Source of the DNA: Candidatus Omnitrophota bacterium
GTDB lineage: Bacteria > Omnitrophota > Gorgyraeia > B26-G9
Assembly (NCBI GenBank): GCA_043814605.1
Contig: JBDRJV010000018.1
Location: 21,545 to 85,544, forward strand
Reading direction: 5' to 3'
DNA length: 64,000 nt
Shown: positions 25,862-40,800 of the stretch, in pieces
How positions within the stretch are numbered: position 1 is the stretch's first letter
Layout: each line of letters begins with the position of its first letter
The notes under the pieces: model-generated
Told to the model about the DNA's origin: nothing
Database searches by the model: none
Seen by the model: only the letters and a program-made list of their open reading frames with translations
Program-made: the position numbers and the translations under genes

Positions 25862-28800
25862 ATGAGAAAAACAAATAAAATTCTAAAAATCATTGGTTTT
25901 ATTTTTCTGGTTATGGCAGTTATTCCAACCAGCGCGCAGGCGCGTTTAATTGTGCAAAAAGGCACGTCCACTATTGCTGCCGGGCAGACAACATATGTTC
26001 AGTCGATTAATGCTGTCAGCAGCCTTTCTAATGCTTTTGTGTTAATGTGGTCTACAGGAGACAGCGGGGCAAGTAATTCACAATATCATCAGGCCACTGG
26101 GGTGCTTACTTCTACCAGCCAGATTACATTTACGCGTCAGGGAACAACTGATGATTGCCGGATCGGCTGGTATGTAATTGAGGCAGAATACGGTGAGTTT
26201 GAAGTTGTAAAGAGAAATACCATAACTATCGGCACAACCGCAACTACCCAGGATGATGCGATTGGCGCGACTATTGACCAGTCACGTTCGTTTATTGTTT
26301 CTAATTCACGGATTGGAGGAAATGGCGGAACTGCTAATGCCTACAAGGGATATGCTACGACGCATTTTTTAAATGATACTACAATCCAGGCAGCCCGCGG
26401 GGTTTCGGGTACTTACACCACAATTGTAAGTTATGCTGTAGTGCAATGGTCTGCTGCTTCCGGGGTTACAGTGCAGTCAAAAGAACTAAGCGCTTCCATA
26501 GGTACTACTGAAGTAACTGATACAATTAACACAGCGGTAACTCCGGTGCAAACCTGGCTGTACGCAACGGCGCGGCATAATTCAAACGGGCTTTCACAGA
26601 CTGCGGTAAATACTTATTTAAAAGACGGAACAACTGTAGGTTTTAGCCGTTATACCGGTACTTATACCTCAGCCATACGCTGGTGGGCAATCCAATTTCC
26701 TGAAGGGGTTCCGGTACAGCGCCAGTCGCTTAGCGCTGCCAGCGGCGACCTTACAGAACCGGCAACATTAGCTTCCAATGTGACTATCGGCTATTCCTGG
26801 TCGGATAATTATAATGATTCCAATGGTACAGGTACAGCTTATCCCCGGCAGTCCTGGTATTCGCAGATTACTGCGGTTAATCAGGTAATAGCTACGCGTT
26901 ATTACAGCGGGCAGGCAGCAAACTTATCCATGCAGGCGATTGATACCAGTGCCTGGATCCCTCCATTAGTGACAATAACAATTACGCCGGATCCTTGTAA
27001 AGCAGTGGGTATTGGCGGGCTTGAAACCAAGCTTGTATTTAATCTGACTATGAATACATCTGTTGAACCGATTATAACCTATGACCCGCAAGGCGCAACC
27101 GGGCCTCAGGCTTGTACCGCAGGCACATGGTCAACGACAACATATGCTAATGATACATACACTGTTTACAATGATTACGAAATTAATGCTTCTACGGGTG
27201 ACGGTACTGCCGTAATCAGTGTTAGCGGAGCAAAAAGTGATTTAGGTATAACTATGTACCCGGATACTGATGATTCCTTTATTATAGATGCTACTGTCCC
27301 GAATAATCCGTCATATCCCTGCGGCAGTTGGGATTCCAGCAGTAAGACAGCCGCGATTCCGAATGATACCTGGCAGGAGATAGATAGCACGCCTTATTTT
27401 GAATGGACCGGAGCCAGTGACGGAGCTGGAACCGGAGTTAGCGGTTATTCTGTTTATTGGGGAAATTCCAGTATCGGCGAACCGGCAACTACTCAAGAAC
27501 AGTCTGCGGAAAATTATGATGTAGCTACTCCGGTAGATGACGGAATATATTATTTAAGGGTAAGGACATTTGATAATGCGGGAAATTACAGCGAGCCGGT
27601 TACAATATTTATTTTTCAGTACGATGCTTCTGCCCCAATTAATCCTGATGTTCCGGCAAATTCCTGGGAGTCAAATTTAAAACTAACTCCCATAACTAAT
27701 GATACCTGGCAAAAGGATGATAATACACCGTATTTTGAATGGACTGGCGCTAATGATTCCGGCGGTTCTGGGGTAAGCGGTTATTCTGTTTATTGGGGAA
27801 CAGACACTAACGGCGAGCCCGGGCAGACACAGCAGCAGTCAAATATGAATTATCAGGTAAGTACCCCGGCAGATACAAATACTTATTATTTGAGAGTAAG
27901 AACTTTTGATAATTTTAATCATTATAGTAATCCTGTAACTTTATTTATATTTAAATATGATGATACACAACCCACAAATCCCGTACAGCCTTGCAGCGGT
28001 TGGGATTCTCCTTCTAAAGGAAACATGCTTTCCAATAATAAGGCGCAGGGGTTTGGCCAGACGCCGTATTTTGAATGGACTGGTGCCTCCGATGCTAGCG
28101 GCAGCGGCGTGAGCGGTTATTCTATTTACTGGGGTATGGATTCAGAAGGCGAACCAGGCTTAACCCAAGAGCAGGCTAATGCGGATTATGAAATCAGCAC
28201 CCCAACAGGTGAAGATACGTATTATTTAATTGTCAGGACATTTGATGCTTTGGGTAATTACAGCGAGCCGGTTACTTTGTTTACTTTTATTTACGATGAA
28301 ACTAAACCCACCGTAACAATAACTGTTAGCCCGGATCCGGCCGGACACAGCGCAGCCGGGGAGTTGGAATTTAAACTTGTTTTTTCTGAATCCATGGATA
28401 TTGCGGTAACCCCGAGTGTAAGCTATGACCCGCAAGGCGCAACCGGCAACCAGACTGTAGATACAAATGGTGCCTGGTCAACCACAACTTATACTAATGA
28501 TACTTACACAGTTTATAACAGCAATGTGATTAACAGTACTACTGGTGACGGAGCCGCAGCAATAAGTGTGAGCACAGCTCAGGATGTTGCGCTAAATACA
28601 ATGTTAGCGGATACCAATGATAGTTTTACGATTGATACGCTAGTGCATCATTTTGTGATTGCTCATGACGGGATGGCAGTAATAAATATTCCGGAAACTT
28701 TAACCATTACGGCTAAAAACAGTACGAATTGTACAGTGTTAGATTATACCGGCCAGGTAACATTAAGCACTTTAAACGAAACCGGAGAAATAACCTGGGC

Positions 28801-31800
28801 TTTAGTCAGCGGAGCCGGAGTGTTTAATGATAACGGCGCAGGCCAGGATACCGCAACCTACACATTTGCTGCTGGCGATAACGGAGTAGTTACAATTCAA
28901 ATAACAGATACGAACGCGGATAATTTGGATGTGGAAGTAACAGACACGATAAATACTGATGATGATACTGAAGGAAACTTAGTTGTCTCTACTATACCTT
29001 TAGGCTGGTTTGTGATCTCGCATGATACGGCGGCAATTGCCGGGACTCCGGAAACAATCACGGTTACAGCCAAAGATATCAACGGCCAGACAAAAACCGA
29101 TTATGCGGGAACAATTAATTTAGATACCAATGGTACAGCAACCACAATTACCTGGGGACTGAGCTCTGGCTTAGGAATATTTGCTGATGGCGGTGCGAGT
29201 CTGGATACTGCTGCTTATACTTTTCATGATAATGATAACGGTGTAGCAGTATTTACAATAAAAGATACTAAGGTGGAAACAATTAATATCTCGGTAGAGG
29301 ATAACGGAAAGACTGATAATGATACAGAGGGAAATTTAATAGTTAGCCCGGGTGCGGTCAATAGTTTTATTATTGCTCATGACACACAGGCTACAGCAGG
29401 GATTGCGGATAATGTCAGCATTACGGCTTATGATACGTATAGCAATATTAAAACAAATTATACCGGTACAATAACTGTGGATACAAACGGCACAACCACC
29501 ACAATTACCTGGGCAAATGTTAGCGGCCTGGGTATGTTTAATGACGGCGGGGCTGGCGTGGATACAGCTACTTATACTTATGCTGCCGGAGATAATGGAA
29601 CAGTTACCTTAAGCATTACGGATACCAAAACCGAAAGCATTGATATTGATGCCAGTGCCAGCGGCAAGACTGATAATGACAGTGAAGGTAATATGCTCAT
29701 CGTGCCGGCAGCTATTGATTATTTTGTGATCAGCCATGACGGTGCAGCTTCTGCCGGTGTGTCAGATCAGATGAGTGTGACAGCCAAAGATGCTTACGCA
29801 AATATCAAAACCAATTATACGGGCACAATTACTTTGGATACTAACGGAACAGCCACAACTATTGATTGGGCATTGGTCAGCGGCAGCGGCGTATTCAATG
29901 ATAACGGCGCAAGTGTGGATACCTCAACTTATACTTTTGATGCTGCAGATAACGGTACAGCAATTTTTTCTATTCTAGATACTACGCAGGAGTCTATAAA
30001 TATTTCTGTCATCGGCGATACTAAAACCGATGATAACACAGAAGGCGATCTTAATGTTGGGCCGGCAGTGATCTGGCTATTTGACATTACGCATGACGGG
30101 AATGCTAATGCCGGGGTTTATGATGATGTGACGATTACAGCCAAAGACAGCTTGGGCAATATTATGACAAATTATACCGGCACAATAACTGTGGATACAA
30201 ATGGAACAGCTTCGGCGGTTTCCTGGGCTAAAGTTACCGGCCTGGGAACATTTAATGACGGCGGGGCCAGTGTTGATACTGCTACCTATACATATGCATC
30301 CGGTGATAATGGTGTAGTAGTGTTAAAGATCAAAGATAATGTGCAGGAATCAATAAACATCAGTGTTAGCGGTGATGGCCGGGTAGATAATGATACTGAA
30401 GGTAATTTAATTGTGGGACTTCCTTTATTAAGCCATTTTGTGATTGCTCATGACGGGGCTGCTGCAGCCGGTACTGCAGAAAATATTATTATTACCGCAA
30501 AGGACACAGTCGGCAATACGAAAACCGATTATACCGGTACAATTACTGTGGATACGAACGGAACTGAAACAGCAATTACCTGGGCTAAGATTACCGGAGC
30601 CGGCGTATTTGTAGATGGCGGAGTAGATGCAGATACAGCTACTTATGCCTATGCTGCCGGCGATAACGGAGTCGTGACCCTGAGTATTAATGATACAAAG
30701 GTAGAAACAGTAAACATCTCCATAACCGGAGATGGGAAAACTGATGATAATACTGAAGGGGATTTAGCGGTCAGCCCCGGAGCTTTGGATCATTTTAAAA
30801 TTGTGCATGACAGCTCAGGTATTGTGAATATCGCGGAAATGGTAACTGTATCAGCTCGTGATAGTAATGATAATATTAAAACAAATTATACCGGAACCAT
30901 AACTTTAGATACAAACGGCACAGCTACGGCCATTACTTGGGGCTTACAATCTGGCAGCGGTGTATTTACGGACGGCGGGGCCAGTGTGGATACGGCAACT
31001 TATACTTTTAATGCTGAGGATAATGGAGCGGCTGTATTCCGGGTAACTGATTCTATTGCTCAGACAATTAATATTGCGGTATTCGGAGATACGAAACCTG
31101 ATGATAATACTGAAGGTAATTTAGTGATTGGTGCGGCCGGCACGCAGACTACAGGCTGGTTATCTCCCACTGCTAATACCGGTGGTTTTACTAATCCGAC
31201 TGAGGCCTATGCTGATGGCGGTAGTTATGCGTATTCTCGCAGCGGCTATGAGCATCAATATAGTAATTATGGATTTTCCTTTCCTTATAATGCGATAATT
31301 ACCGGAATTCAGATAAGATTAGATGCCTGGGGGCAAAGAAACGGATATTCTTATTCCGGGGAATTATCTTGGGATGCAGGTACAAATTTTACCTCCAGCG
31401 GCTGGAGTACTCCGGCCATGACAACAAGCCAAGTTACTTATCTGAGCGCAAATGATCTTTGGGGCCGGACAACCTGGTCTAAGACCGAGCTGGCTAATGC
31501 TAATTTTAGGGTGAAATTAATTGCAACTGGTTCTACTCTCAGAAACAATTATTTGGACTGGGTGCCAATAAATGTTTCTTATGAGATCGGCGCCAATGCT
31601 GCGGCAAATAATGTTACGACAGCTGATGTGGGAGTAGGCAGCAGCGGAAACCTGATCCTGAATACAACTGTTACTAATAGCGCTAGTGTGCAGGATACTG
31701 TGACCTCGATTACTGTTAACAATACAGGTACAGCAACAGACGCGGAAATCACATCTGTAAAACTTTATTATGATAGTAATAATTCCAATGATTATACTCC

Positions 31801-34800
31801 TGGTGTGGATACACAGATCGGATCCGGAACTTTTTCATCTGGCGCAAAAACTTTTTCCGGTTTAAATATCAATATTGCGGCCAGCGGCGGCAATGAATAT
31901 TTCTTCGTGATTATGGATGTGGCCAGCTCTGCGGTTAGCGGCCATACCTTGGATGCAGTAATCCCGGCTAACGGTATCACGCTGACAAAAACAGGCACGA
32001 TTGAACCCACCCAGATTAATTCCAGTGGTAATAGAATAATTAAAATAATGCTGGATCATTTTGTCATCAGCCACGACGGTGCAGGTATTGCCGGTTCAAA
32101 CGAGACCGTAACTGTAACTGCAAAAGATGCTTTTAATAATACGAAAACTGATTATACCGGTCAGATCACCTTGGATACAACCGGTACTCCAGGGACAATA
32201 TCCTGGAGCTTGCAGAGTGGTAATGGTGTGTTTAATGATGGCGGAGCTAGTGTGGATACTGCAACCTATACCTTTAATGTCGCGGATAACGGTACAGTAA
32301 CTTTTAGCGTAAATGATACATTGTCTGAAACTTTTAATATCAGTATTAGCGGTGATGGAAAAACTGATGATAATACAGAAGGTAATTTGGTTGTGGCTCC
32401 GGCGGGAATAGATCATTTTGTGATTAGTCATGATACTGCAGCAATTGCCGGAATAGCTGAACAGGTTTCTGTAACAGCAAAGGATGCTTACAGCAATACC
32501 ATAACAAATTATGCTGCACAGATAACTTTAAATACTACTGGAACAGCTAATACAATTACCTGGGCTTTGATTTCCGGATTCGGTACATTTGTTGACGGCG
32601 GTGCCAGTGTAGACACAGCAACTTATACATTTTCTCCCAGCGATAATGGCCAGGCTGTGTTTACAGTCATGGATAATACTGCAGAAACAATCAATATCTC
32701 TGTAATCGCTAACGGAAAGTTTGATGATGATACTGAAGGCAATCTGGTAGTGGCTCCGGCAGGCATTGATTATTTTGTGATTAATCATGACGGAACCGCG
32801 ATTGCCGGAACGCCAGAACAAGTAACAATCACAGCCAAAGATGCTTTGGGAAATACCAAGATTGATTATACCGGTCAGATCACCGTGGACACTACGGGCA
32901 CAGCTACAACAATTACTTGGGCTTTACAAACTGGAAGCGGTGCTTTTGTTGAAGGCGGGGCTTCGGTGGATAGTGCTACCTACACTTATAATTCCGCGGA
33001 TAACGGCGTAGTAGTGCTGACTTTAAATGATACTAAAAAAGAGACAGTCAATATATCTGTTAGTGGCGATACCAAAACTGATGATAATACCGAAGGTAAT
33101 TTGGTTGTTTCCCCGGGTGCAATTGATTATTTTGTAATCAGCCATGACGGTGTAGCAACAACCGGGGTTTCGGAAAGTGTCGGGATCACGGCTTATGATG
33201 CGAATGATAATATTAAAGATGATTATATTGGCCAGATAACCATAGATACCAACGGTACACCCACAACCATAACCTGGACATTGGTTAGCGGTGACGGAGA
33301 GTTTGTTGACAGCGGTGCTTCTGATGATACGGCAACTTATACTTATGTCCTGGGAGATAATGGAACAGTTAGCTTAAGTATTGTTGATTATACCTCAGAG
33401 ACAATCAATATTTCAGTAACCGGTGACGGCAAGACTGATGATAATACTGAAGGAGATCTGCAGATCGCTTCTTCAGGAATTGACCATTTCCTAATATCCC
33501 ATGACAACAACGCACTGGCGGGCACGCCTGAGAATATTACGATTTATGCTAAGAACGCGAATAACGATACATTGCAGAATTATCAAGGCCAGATCACAAT
33601 TGATACTAGCGGAACACCGTCGGCGATTAGCTGGATTTTGGTTTCTGGAAACGGTATTTTTGCTGACGGCGGAGTGGGTATGGACACAGCTACATACACA
33701 TTTACAGATAGCGATGATGGTACAGTGGTTTTATCAATTATAGATACAGCAGAGGAAACTTTGAATATCTCTGTTAGCGGAGAAGGCAAGACTGATGATA
33801 ATACCGAAGGCAATTTAGTAATAAACCCAGTTGGCTTACATCATTTTACAATCAGCCATGACGGAGCTGCTTTTGCCGGGGTAGCGGATGCTGTGACAAT
33901 TATTGCCAAGGATGCCAATAACAATACAGTAACAAATTATACCGGGCAAATAACTGTAGATACGAATGGCACAGCTACGGCAATTACCTGGGCTAAACAA
34001 ACCGGCAGCGGAAGTTTTGCTGAAGGCGGGCCAAGTGTAGATACTGCGACATACACTTTTGTATCCGGAGATAATGGACAATGCGTTTTAACAATCACGG
34101 ATAATAAAGTGGAAACCATTAATATTTCTGTTTCCGGCAGCGGTAAGAGCGATGATAATACTGAAGGAAATCTTATTATCGGTCCTGGAACAATTGATCA
34201 TTTTGTGATCAGCCATGATTCTAGCGCAGTGGCCGGGATAGCGGATAATGTGACGATTATTGCTTATGATGCCTACAATAATATTAAAACAAATTATACC
34301 GGGCAAATAACTTTAGATACTAATGGTACAGCCGCAACTATTACCTGGGCTAAAGTTACCGGAGCCGGAGTATTTGTGGACGGCGGCGCCAGCGTAGATA
34401 CAGCAACGTATACCTATGTTGCTGGTGATAACGGCCAATGTGTTTTAAGTATTAATGACACCACAGCGGAAACTTTAAATATTTCTGTTGCTGGGGACGG
34501 GAAAAATGATAATGACAGCGAAGGCAATTTAGTTGTCATGGCAACCACTGTGGATCACTTTGTGATTATGCATGACAATAGTGCTGAGGCTGGAGTAGCA
34601 GAAAGCGTGAGTATTACGGCTTATGATGCCTACAATAATATTAAAACTGATTATACCGGACAGATAACCGTAGATACTAACGGCACAGCAACAACTATTA
34701 CCTGGGCTAAGGTAAGCGGTGCGGGAAGTTTTGTGGACGGCGGCGCCAGCGTAGATACAGCTACTTATACTTATGCCAGCGGTGATAACGGAGTCGTGGG

Positions 34801-37800
34801 ATTGACGATTTCTGATACGAAAAAGGAAACAATTAATATTAATGTCAGCGGCGACGGAAAAGTTGATACAAATACTGAAGGGAATTTAGTTGTTGGCCCC
34901 ACGGGTTTAGATCATTTTGTGATTAGCCATGACACTGCTGCAATTGCCGGAGTGGCAGATAATGTGAGTATTACGGCTTTTGATACATATTCTAATTTAA
35001 AAGATAATTATACCGGAACAATAACCGTAGATACCAATGGTACAGCGGATGCAATTACCTGGGCCAAGGTAAGCGGTGCAGGAAGTTTTGAGGACGGCGG
35101 CGCCAGCGTAGATACCGCTACATATACTTATGCGGCGGCAGATAATGGCGTAGTGACTTTAAGTATTGCGGATACCAAGACTGAAACGATTGATATTGAT
35201 GCACAGGCCGCAGGAAAATATGATGATGATTCAGAAGCAAATATGGTTATTGGACCCTCAGATATCAATGATTTTGTGGTTAGCCATGATACCCAGGGCG
35301 TAGTTAATTCTGCAGAGCCAATCACCGTAACTGCCCGGGATATTTACCAGAATATTAAAACTGATTATACCGGACAAATCACAGTTTCGGTTACCGGAGA
35401 AAGCGGAGAAATTACCTGGGCTTTAGCAGCTGGGTCAGGTCTATTTAATGATGCCGGAGCTGGCCTAGATACTGCAACCTACACTTATAATGCTTTAGAT
35501 CTGGGATTAGTGGGTTTAACAATCACCGATAATACTGCTGATACGATCAATATTGTAGTCAGCGGTGACGGAAAGAGTGATGAAAACAATGAAGGGAATT
35601 TGTCATTTACATCCAGCTATATTGTTATTGATAATTTAGATTCCGGATATTCAGAAAATACAGTAGATAATGATTGGACGACCAGAACTACGGGTAATGA
35701 GTATGGGACTAATTGGCGTAGGGATACGACTCGTAATGACGGCGATTGGGCACGTTGGACACCGAACATAACTATTCCGGGAAACTATGAGGTTTTTGCG
35801 TTTTGGTCAGATCTAGGGACAGCTAATGCTACGGATTCTCCTTATACTGTGTATTATAATGGCGGCAATAGCGGTGCTTTAGATCAAAACCAGGAAGTAA
35901 ACGGTAATCAATGGAACAGTTTGGGTGTTTATGAATTTGCTGTGGGTACCGGAGGGTATGTGCAATTAGGGGATGCCGCTAATGATGATGTTTGCGCGGA
36001 TGCGATTAAGTTTGAACTTAAAGGCAGCGCAGCAGCTGCGGCGAATAGCGTAGACAGTTCTTCTGTTGGCGCAGGAGCCAGTGATGTACTGATATTAGAT
36101 GTCACGGTTTCTAATAATGCGATAAATAATGATACGATTACTTCGGTAACCGTGAATAATATCGGCACAATAAGCGATGCGGAAATCGCCGCGGTTAAAC
36201 TTTATTATGACAGCAATAATTCGCAGGATTATACCCCGGGAACGGATGTTCAAGTGGGTACCGGGACATTTTCTTCTGCGGCAAAAACATTCAGTAATTT
36301 AAATATTACGTTAACCGGTTCCGGCACGGAAAAATTATTTGTGGTTTTGGATCTAGCGCAAACTGTTGATGACGGGGATAGTTTAGATGTGCAAATCCCG
36401 GCAAACGGAATAATTCTGGCCAATGCGCCGGATATTGCGGATGCGGCGTTAAATTCTGCCGGAACCCGAACAGTTTCTTTAAACCTGGATCATTTTGTTA
36501 TTTCTCACGACGGAGCAGCGGCTGCCGGAATTCCCGAACAAATAACCGTAACCGCAAAAGACGAATACGAAAACGTTATTATTTATTATACAGGTACAAT
36601 AACTTTAGATACGAATGGAACAGCGGCTAGCATCAGCTGGTCATTGCAGACAGGCAGCGGGGTTTTTAATGATAATGGTGCAGGTGTGGATACGGCAACC
36701 TATGCGTTTAATGCCGCAGATAGCGGCGTGGCTGTATTTAACGTTACTGATAACAAAGCGGAAACGATTAATATCTCGGTTTCTGGCAATGGGAAAACTG
36801 ATAATAATACTGAAGGCAATCTGATTGTTGCTCCGGCAGGCTTGGATCATTTTGTAATCACGCATGATGCTTCGGCAATTGCCGGCATAGCCGATAATGT
36901 CACTGTAACCGCAAAAGACGCATATGAAAATACAGTTTATGATTATACCGGGTCAATTACCTTAGATACCAATGGAACCGCTAATGCTATTGAGTGGGCA
37001 TTGGTTGTTGGATTCGGAACTTTTAATGATAACGGAGCCGGTGTGGATACTGCAACATATACATTTTCCGCATCAGATAATTCTACAGCAACTTTTACAA
37101 TCACAGATACGCAGTCAGAAAGCCTGAATATTTCTGTTTCCGACGGAATCGGGCATAATGATAATAATAGCGAAGGCAATCTGGTTGTTAGCGCTGCCAA
37201 TCTGCATCATTTTGTGATCAGTCATGACGGAAATGCCGAGGCTGGAGTAGCGGATAATATTACGATTATTGCCAAAGATCAATATGAAAACACATTAACC
37301 AATTATAGCGGACAAATCACTATAGATACGGACGGTACTGTGGGGTCCATTGCTTGGGCAAAAGTTTCCGGCAGCGGCACATTTGTCGACGGCGGCATTG
37401 ATGCGGATACAGCGACTTATACTTATAATACTGCGGATATGGGTGTGGTAATTTTAAGTATTACTGACACTACTTTAGAAAATCTGAATATATCCGTAAC
37501 CGGAGACGGGAAAAACGATGATAATACCGAAAGCACTTTAAATGTCGGACCCGGACTGATCGAATATTTTACAATTACGCATGATGGTTTTGCTCTGCAG
37601 AATCAAGCGGAAAATATTACAATAAAAGCGTATGATGCCTATAATAACATAAAAACCGATTATGCCGGGCAGATTACTTTGGATACCAACGGTACAGCAG
37701 ATGCGATTACCTGGGCTTTAATTACTGGTAACGGGACGTTTAATGATAACGGACCAAGTGTGGATACAGCCACTTATACTTTCAATACTTCAGATAACGG

Positions 37801-40800
37801 AGAAGTGATTTTATCCATAACGGATGCAACTGCAGAAATAATTAATGTATCCGTAACCGCAGGCACGAAAACAGATGACGACAACGAAGGAATTTTAGAA
37901 ATTGTGGCTGCGGGATTTCATCATTTTAAAATTTCGCATGACGGAAATGCTGTAAACGGAGTACCCGAAGCAATCACAATTACAGCTAAGGATGCTAGTG
38001 ATATAACCATAACAAATTATGCCGGAATCATGACTGTAGATACTAGTGGAACAGCGACAACGATTACCTGGGCTTTGCAAACTGGTAACGGTACATTCAA
38101 TGACGGCGGTAGCGGAGTAGATACAGCAGAATATACTTTTGATGCGCTGGATAACGGTGTAGTAATTTTAACCATTACCGATACTACTTTAGAAACCATA
38201 AATATTAACTGTTTTGGCAGCGGGAAGACAGATGATAATACTGAAGGTAATTTAGTAATTAATCCTGCGGGATTAAATCATTTTACAATCACACATGATC
38301 ATAATGCCGTTGCCGGAGTTGCCGAAAATATCGTAATTTCAGCCGAAGATGCAAATAATACCGCAGTTAGCGGATACACCGGCACCATAAATTTAGATAC
38401 AAATGGTACGGCCGGTGCGATTACCTGGGCAAATATAGACGGTGCGGGAATTTTTAGCGATGGCGGTGCGGTTGTAGATACAGCCACCTATACTTTTGCC
38501 AGCGGAGATTTAGGTAATGTCACTTTAAGTATTAATGATACAAAAGCAGAAATGATAAATATATCTGTAACCGGAGACGGAAAAACTGATGATGACCAAG
38601 AGGGAAATTTAACAATCAGCCATGGAGTAATTGATCATTTTATAATTAATCATGATCAGGCAGCTGAAGCGGGAACTGCAGAAAATATTACAATCACGGC
38701 CAAAGATGTATATAACAATATAATTACTGATTACACAAGCCAAATCACTGTTGACACAACTGGAACTCCGGCAACAATCACTTGGGCTCTAACAACAGGT
38801 TCGGGAATTTTTAATGACGGCGGGGCTGGGGTTGATACCGCAACTTATACTTATCAGACAGCCGATAATGGAGTTGTAGTTTTAAATATTACAGATACAA
38901 CAGTTGAATCAATAAATATATCTGTAACCGGAGACGGAAAATTAGATGATAATACAGAAGGAAATTTAAGCGTGGGCGCAGGTACAATAAATAAATTTGT
39001 GGTTACGCACGATGGTAATGCTCAAGCTGGCAGTGCGGAATCCGTTATAATTACCGCTTATGATATTTATAATAATATTAAAACTAATTATACCGGCACC
39101 ATAACTTTAGATACAAACGGAACTGCGAATTCAATCACCTGGGCTTTGAGTTCAGGATTAGGAAGTTTTAATGATGGCGGAGTATATTTAGATACAGCAA
39201 CTTATGGATTTGTTAGTGCGGATAACGGAACGGCTGAGTTTACAATTACCGATACAAAAGCAGAAATAATTGATATTGATGTATCTGGTAATGGAAAATT
39301 TGATGATGATACAGAAGGAAACTTGATTATTGCACCCAGCGGATTAGATCATTTTTTTATTTCTCATGATGGTAATGCTCAAGCCGGGGTGAGTGAAAAT
39401 ATTATTATTCAAGCACAAGATTATTATGATAATATTCAAACTGATTATACCGGACAAATTACTGTGGATACTAACGGAACAGAAACCGCAATTACCTGGG
39501 CTTTAATTACTGGCAGCGGAACTTTTAATGATCACGGTGTAAGTATTGATACAGCGACCTATACTTTTGCTCCGGGTGATAATGGAGCAGTAACTTTATC
39601 AATAAATGATACAAAAGCTGAAGATGTTAATATTTCTGTAAGCGGTGATAGTAAATTTGATGATGATACAGAAGGAAATTTAACAGTTAAACCTAATGTT
39701 TTAAATTATTTTATTGTGGCGCATGATAATGAAGCAATTCAAGGAGTAGGAGAAGAAATTACTGTAACGGCCAAGGATAGTTATGCTAACACAAAAACAG
39801 ATTATACCGGCACCATAACTTTAGATACAAACGGTGATGTAAATAATATTAGTTGGAGTTTGAATACAGGCTCCGGAACTTTTAATGACGGCGGTGCTAG
39901 CGTAGATACAGCAACTTATACTTATGCTGTTGGCGATGCCGGGGTGGCTTCTTTTAATTTAACGGATGATACAGCCCAGACAATTAATATTTCGGTAAAT
40001 GACGGAGGGATTACTGATGAAAATAATGAGGGAGATTTAGTTATCCAAGCTTCTTCTTTAACCATTGATGCCGTGGTTAATGCATTATCCAGTGGTTATA
40101 TCGGAGCAGGAACTAGCGGGCAGTTAGTTTTAGATTTAACCTTGACTAATAATAATGTTTTAGCGGCAGATACAATCCAAACTCTTACTATAAATAATAC
40201 AGGAACAATTTCTGACGCACAGGTACAAACAGTAAAGCTTTATTATGATAGCAATAATTCTAATTCCTATACCGTGGGTATTGATACCCAGGCAGGTACA
40301 GGCAGTTTTTCCAGCGGGACTTTAGCTTTTACAAATATTAATATTCAAATTTCTGCAGCCGGCACAGAAGAATTATATGTGGTAGTCGATTTGACCGCAA
40401 CAGTAACTAATGCAGTAACAGTGGATGTGAGTGTGCCGATTAATGGGATTACCTTTACTAATTCTCCGGATACTGATGATGTAATCTTAAATTCTTCCGG
40501 AATTTTTACCGTTGATTCCGGAATTCCAGGCATTGTTTCCGGGTTAAGCTCAACAAGCCATAGCAATGCGATTAGTGCTTGGAATAATCCGCAATCACGC
40601 GATAATACTGTTTCTGTTAACTGGTCACCGGCAACTGATCCTGAAAGCGGAGTTGATGGGTATTCTGTTCTTTGGGATACAAATCCGACAACTTTGCCAA
40701 ATACTACTAAAGATATTGAACAAACCCAAACAACCGTAACAAGCACTGCATTATCAGACGGTACAGTACACTATTTCCATATCCGCAGTGTGGATAATGT

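Noticed and set aside
28644-40048. Possible CRISPR array, given regular 357-bp periodicity
   Set aside because: The units are in-frame protein-coding Ig-like domains within one ORF. The period is far too long and there is no short repeat/spacer structure.
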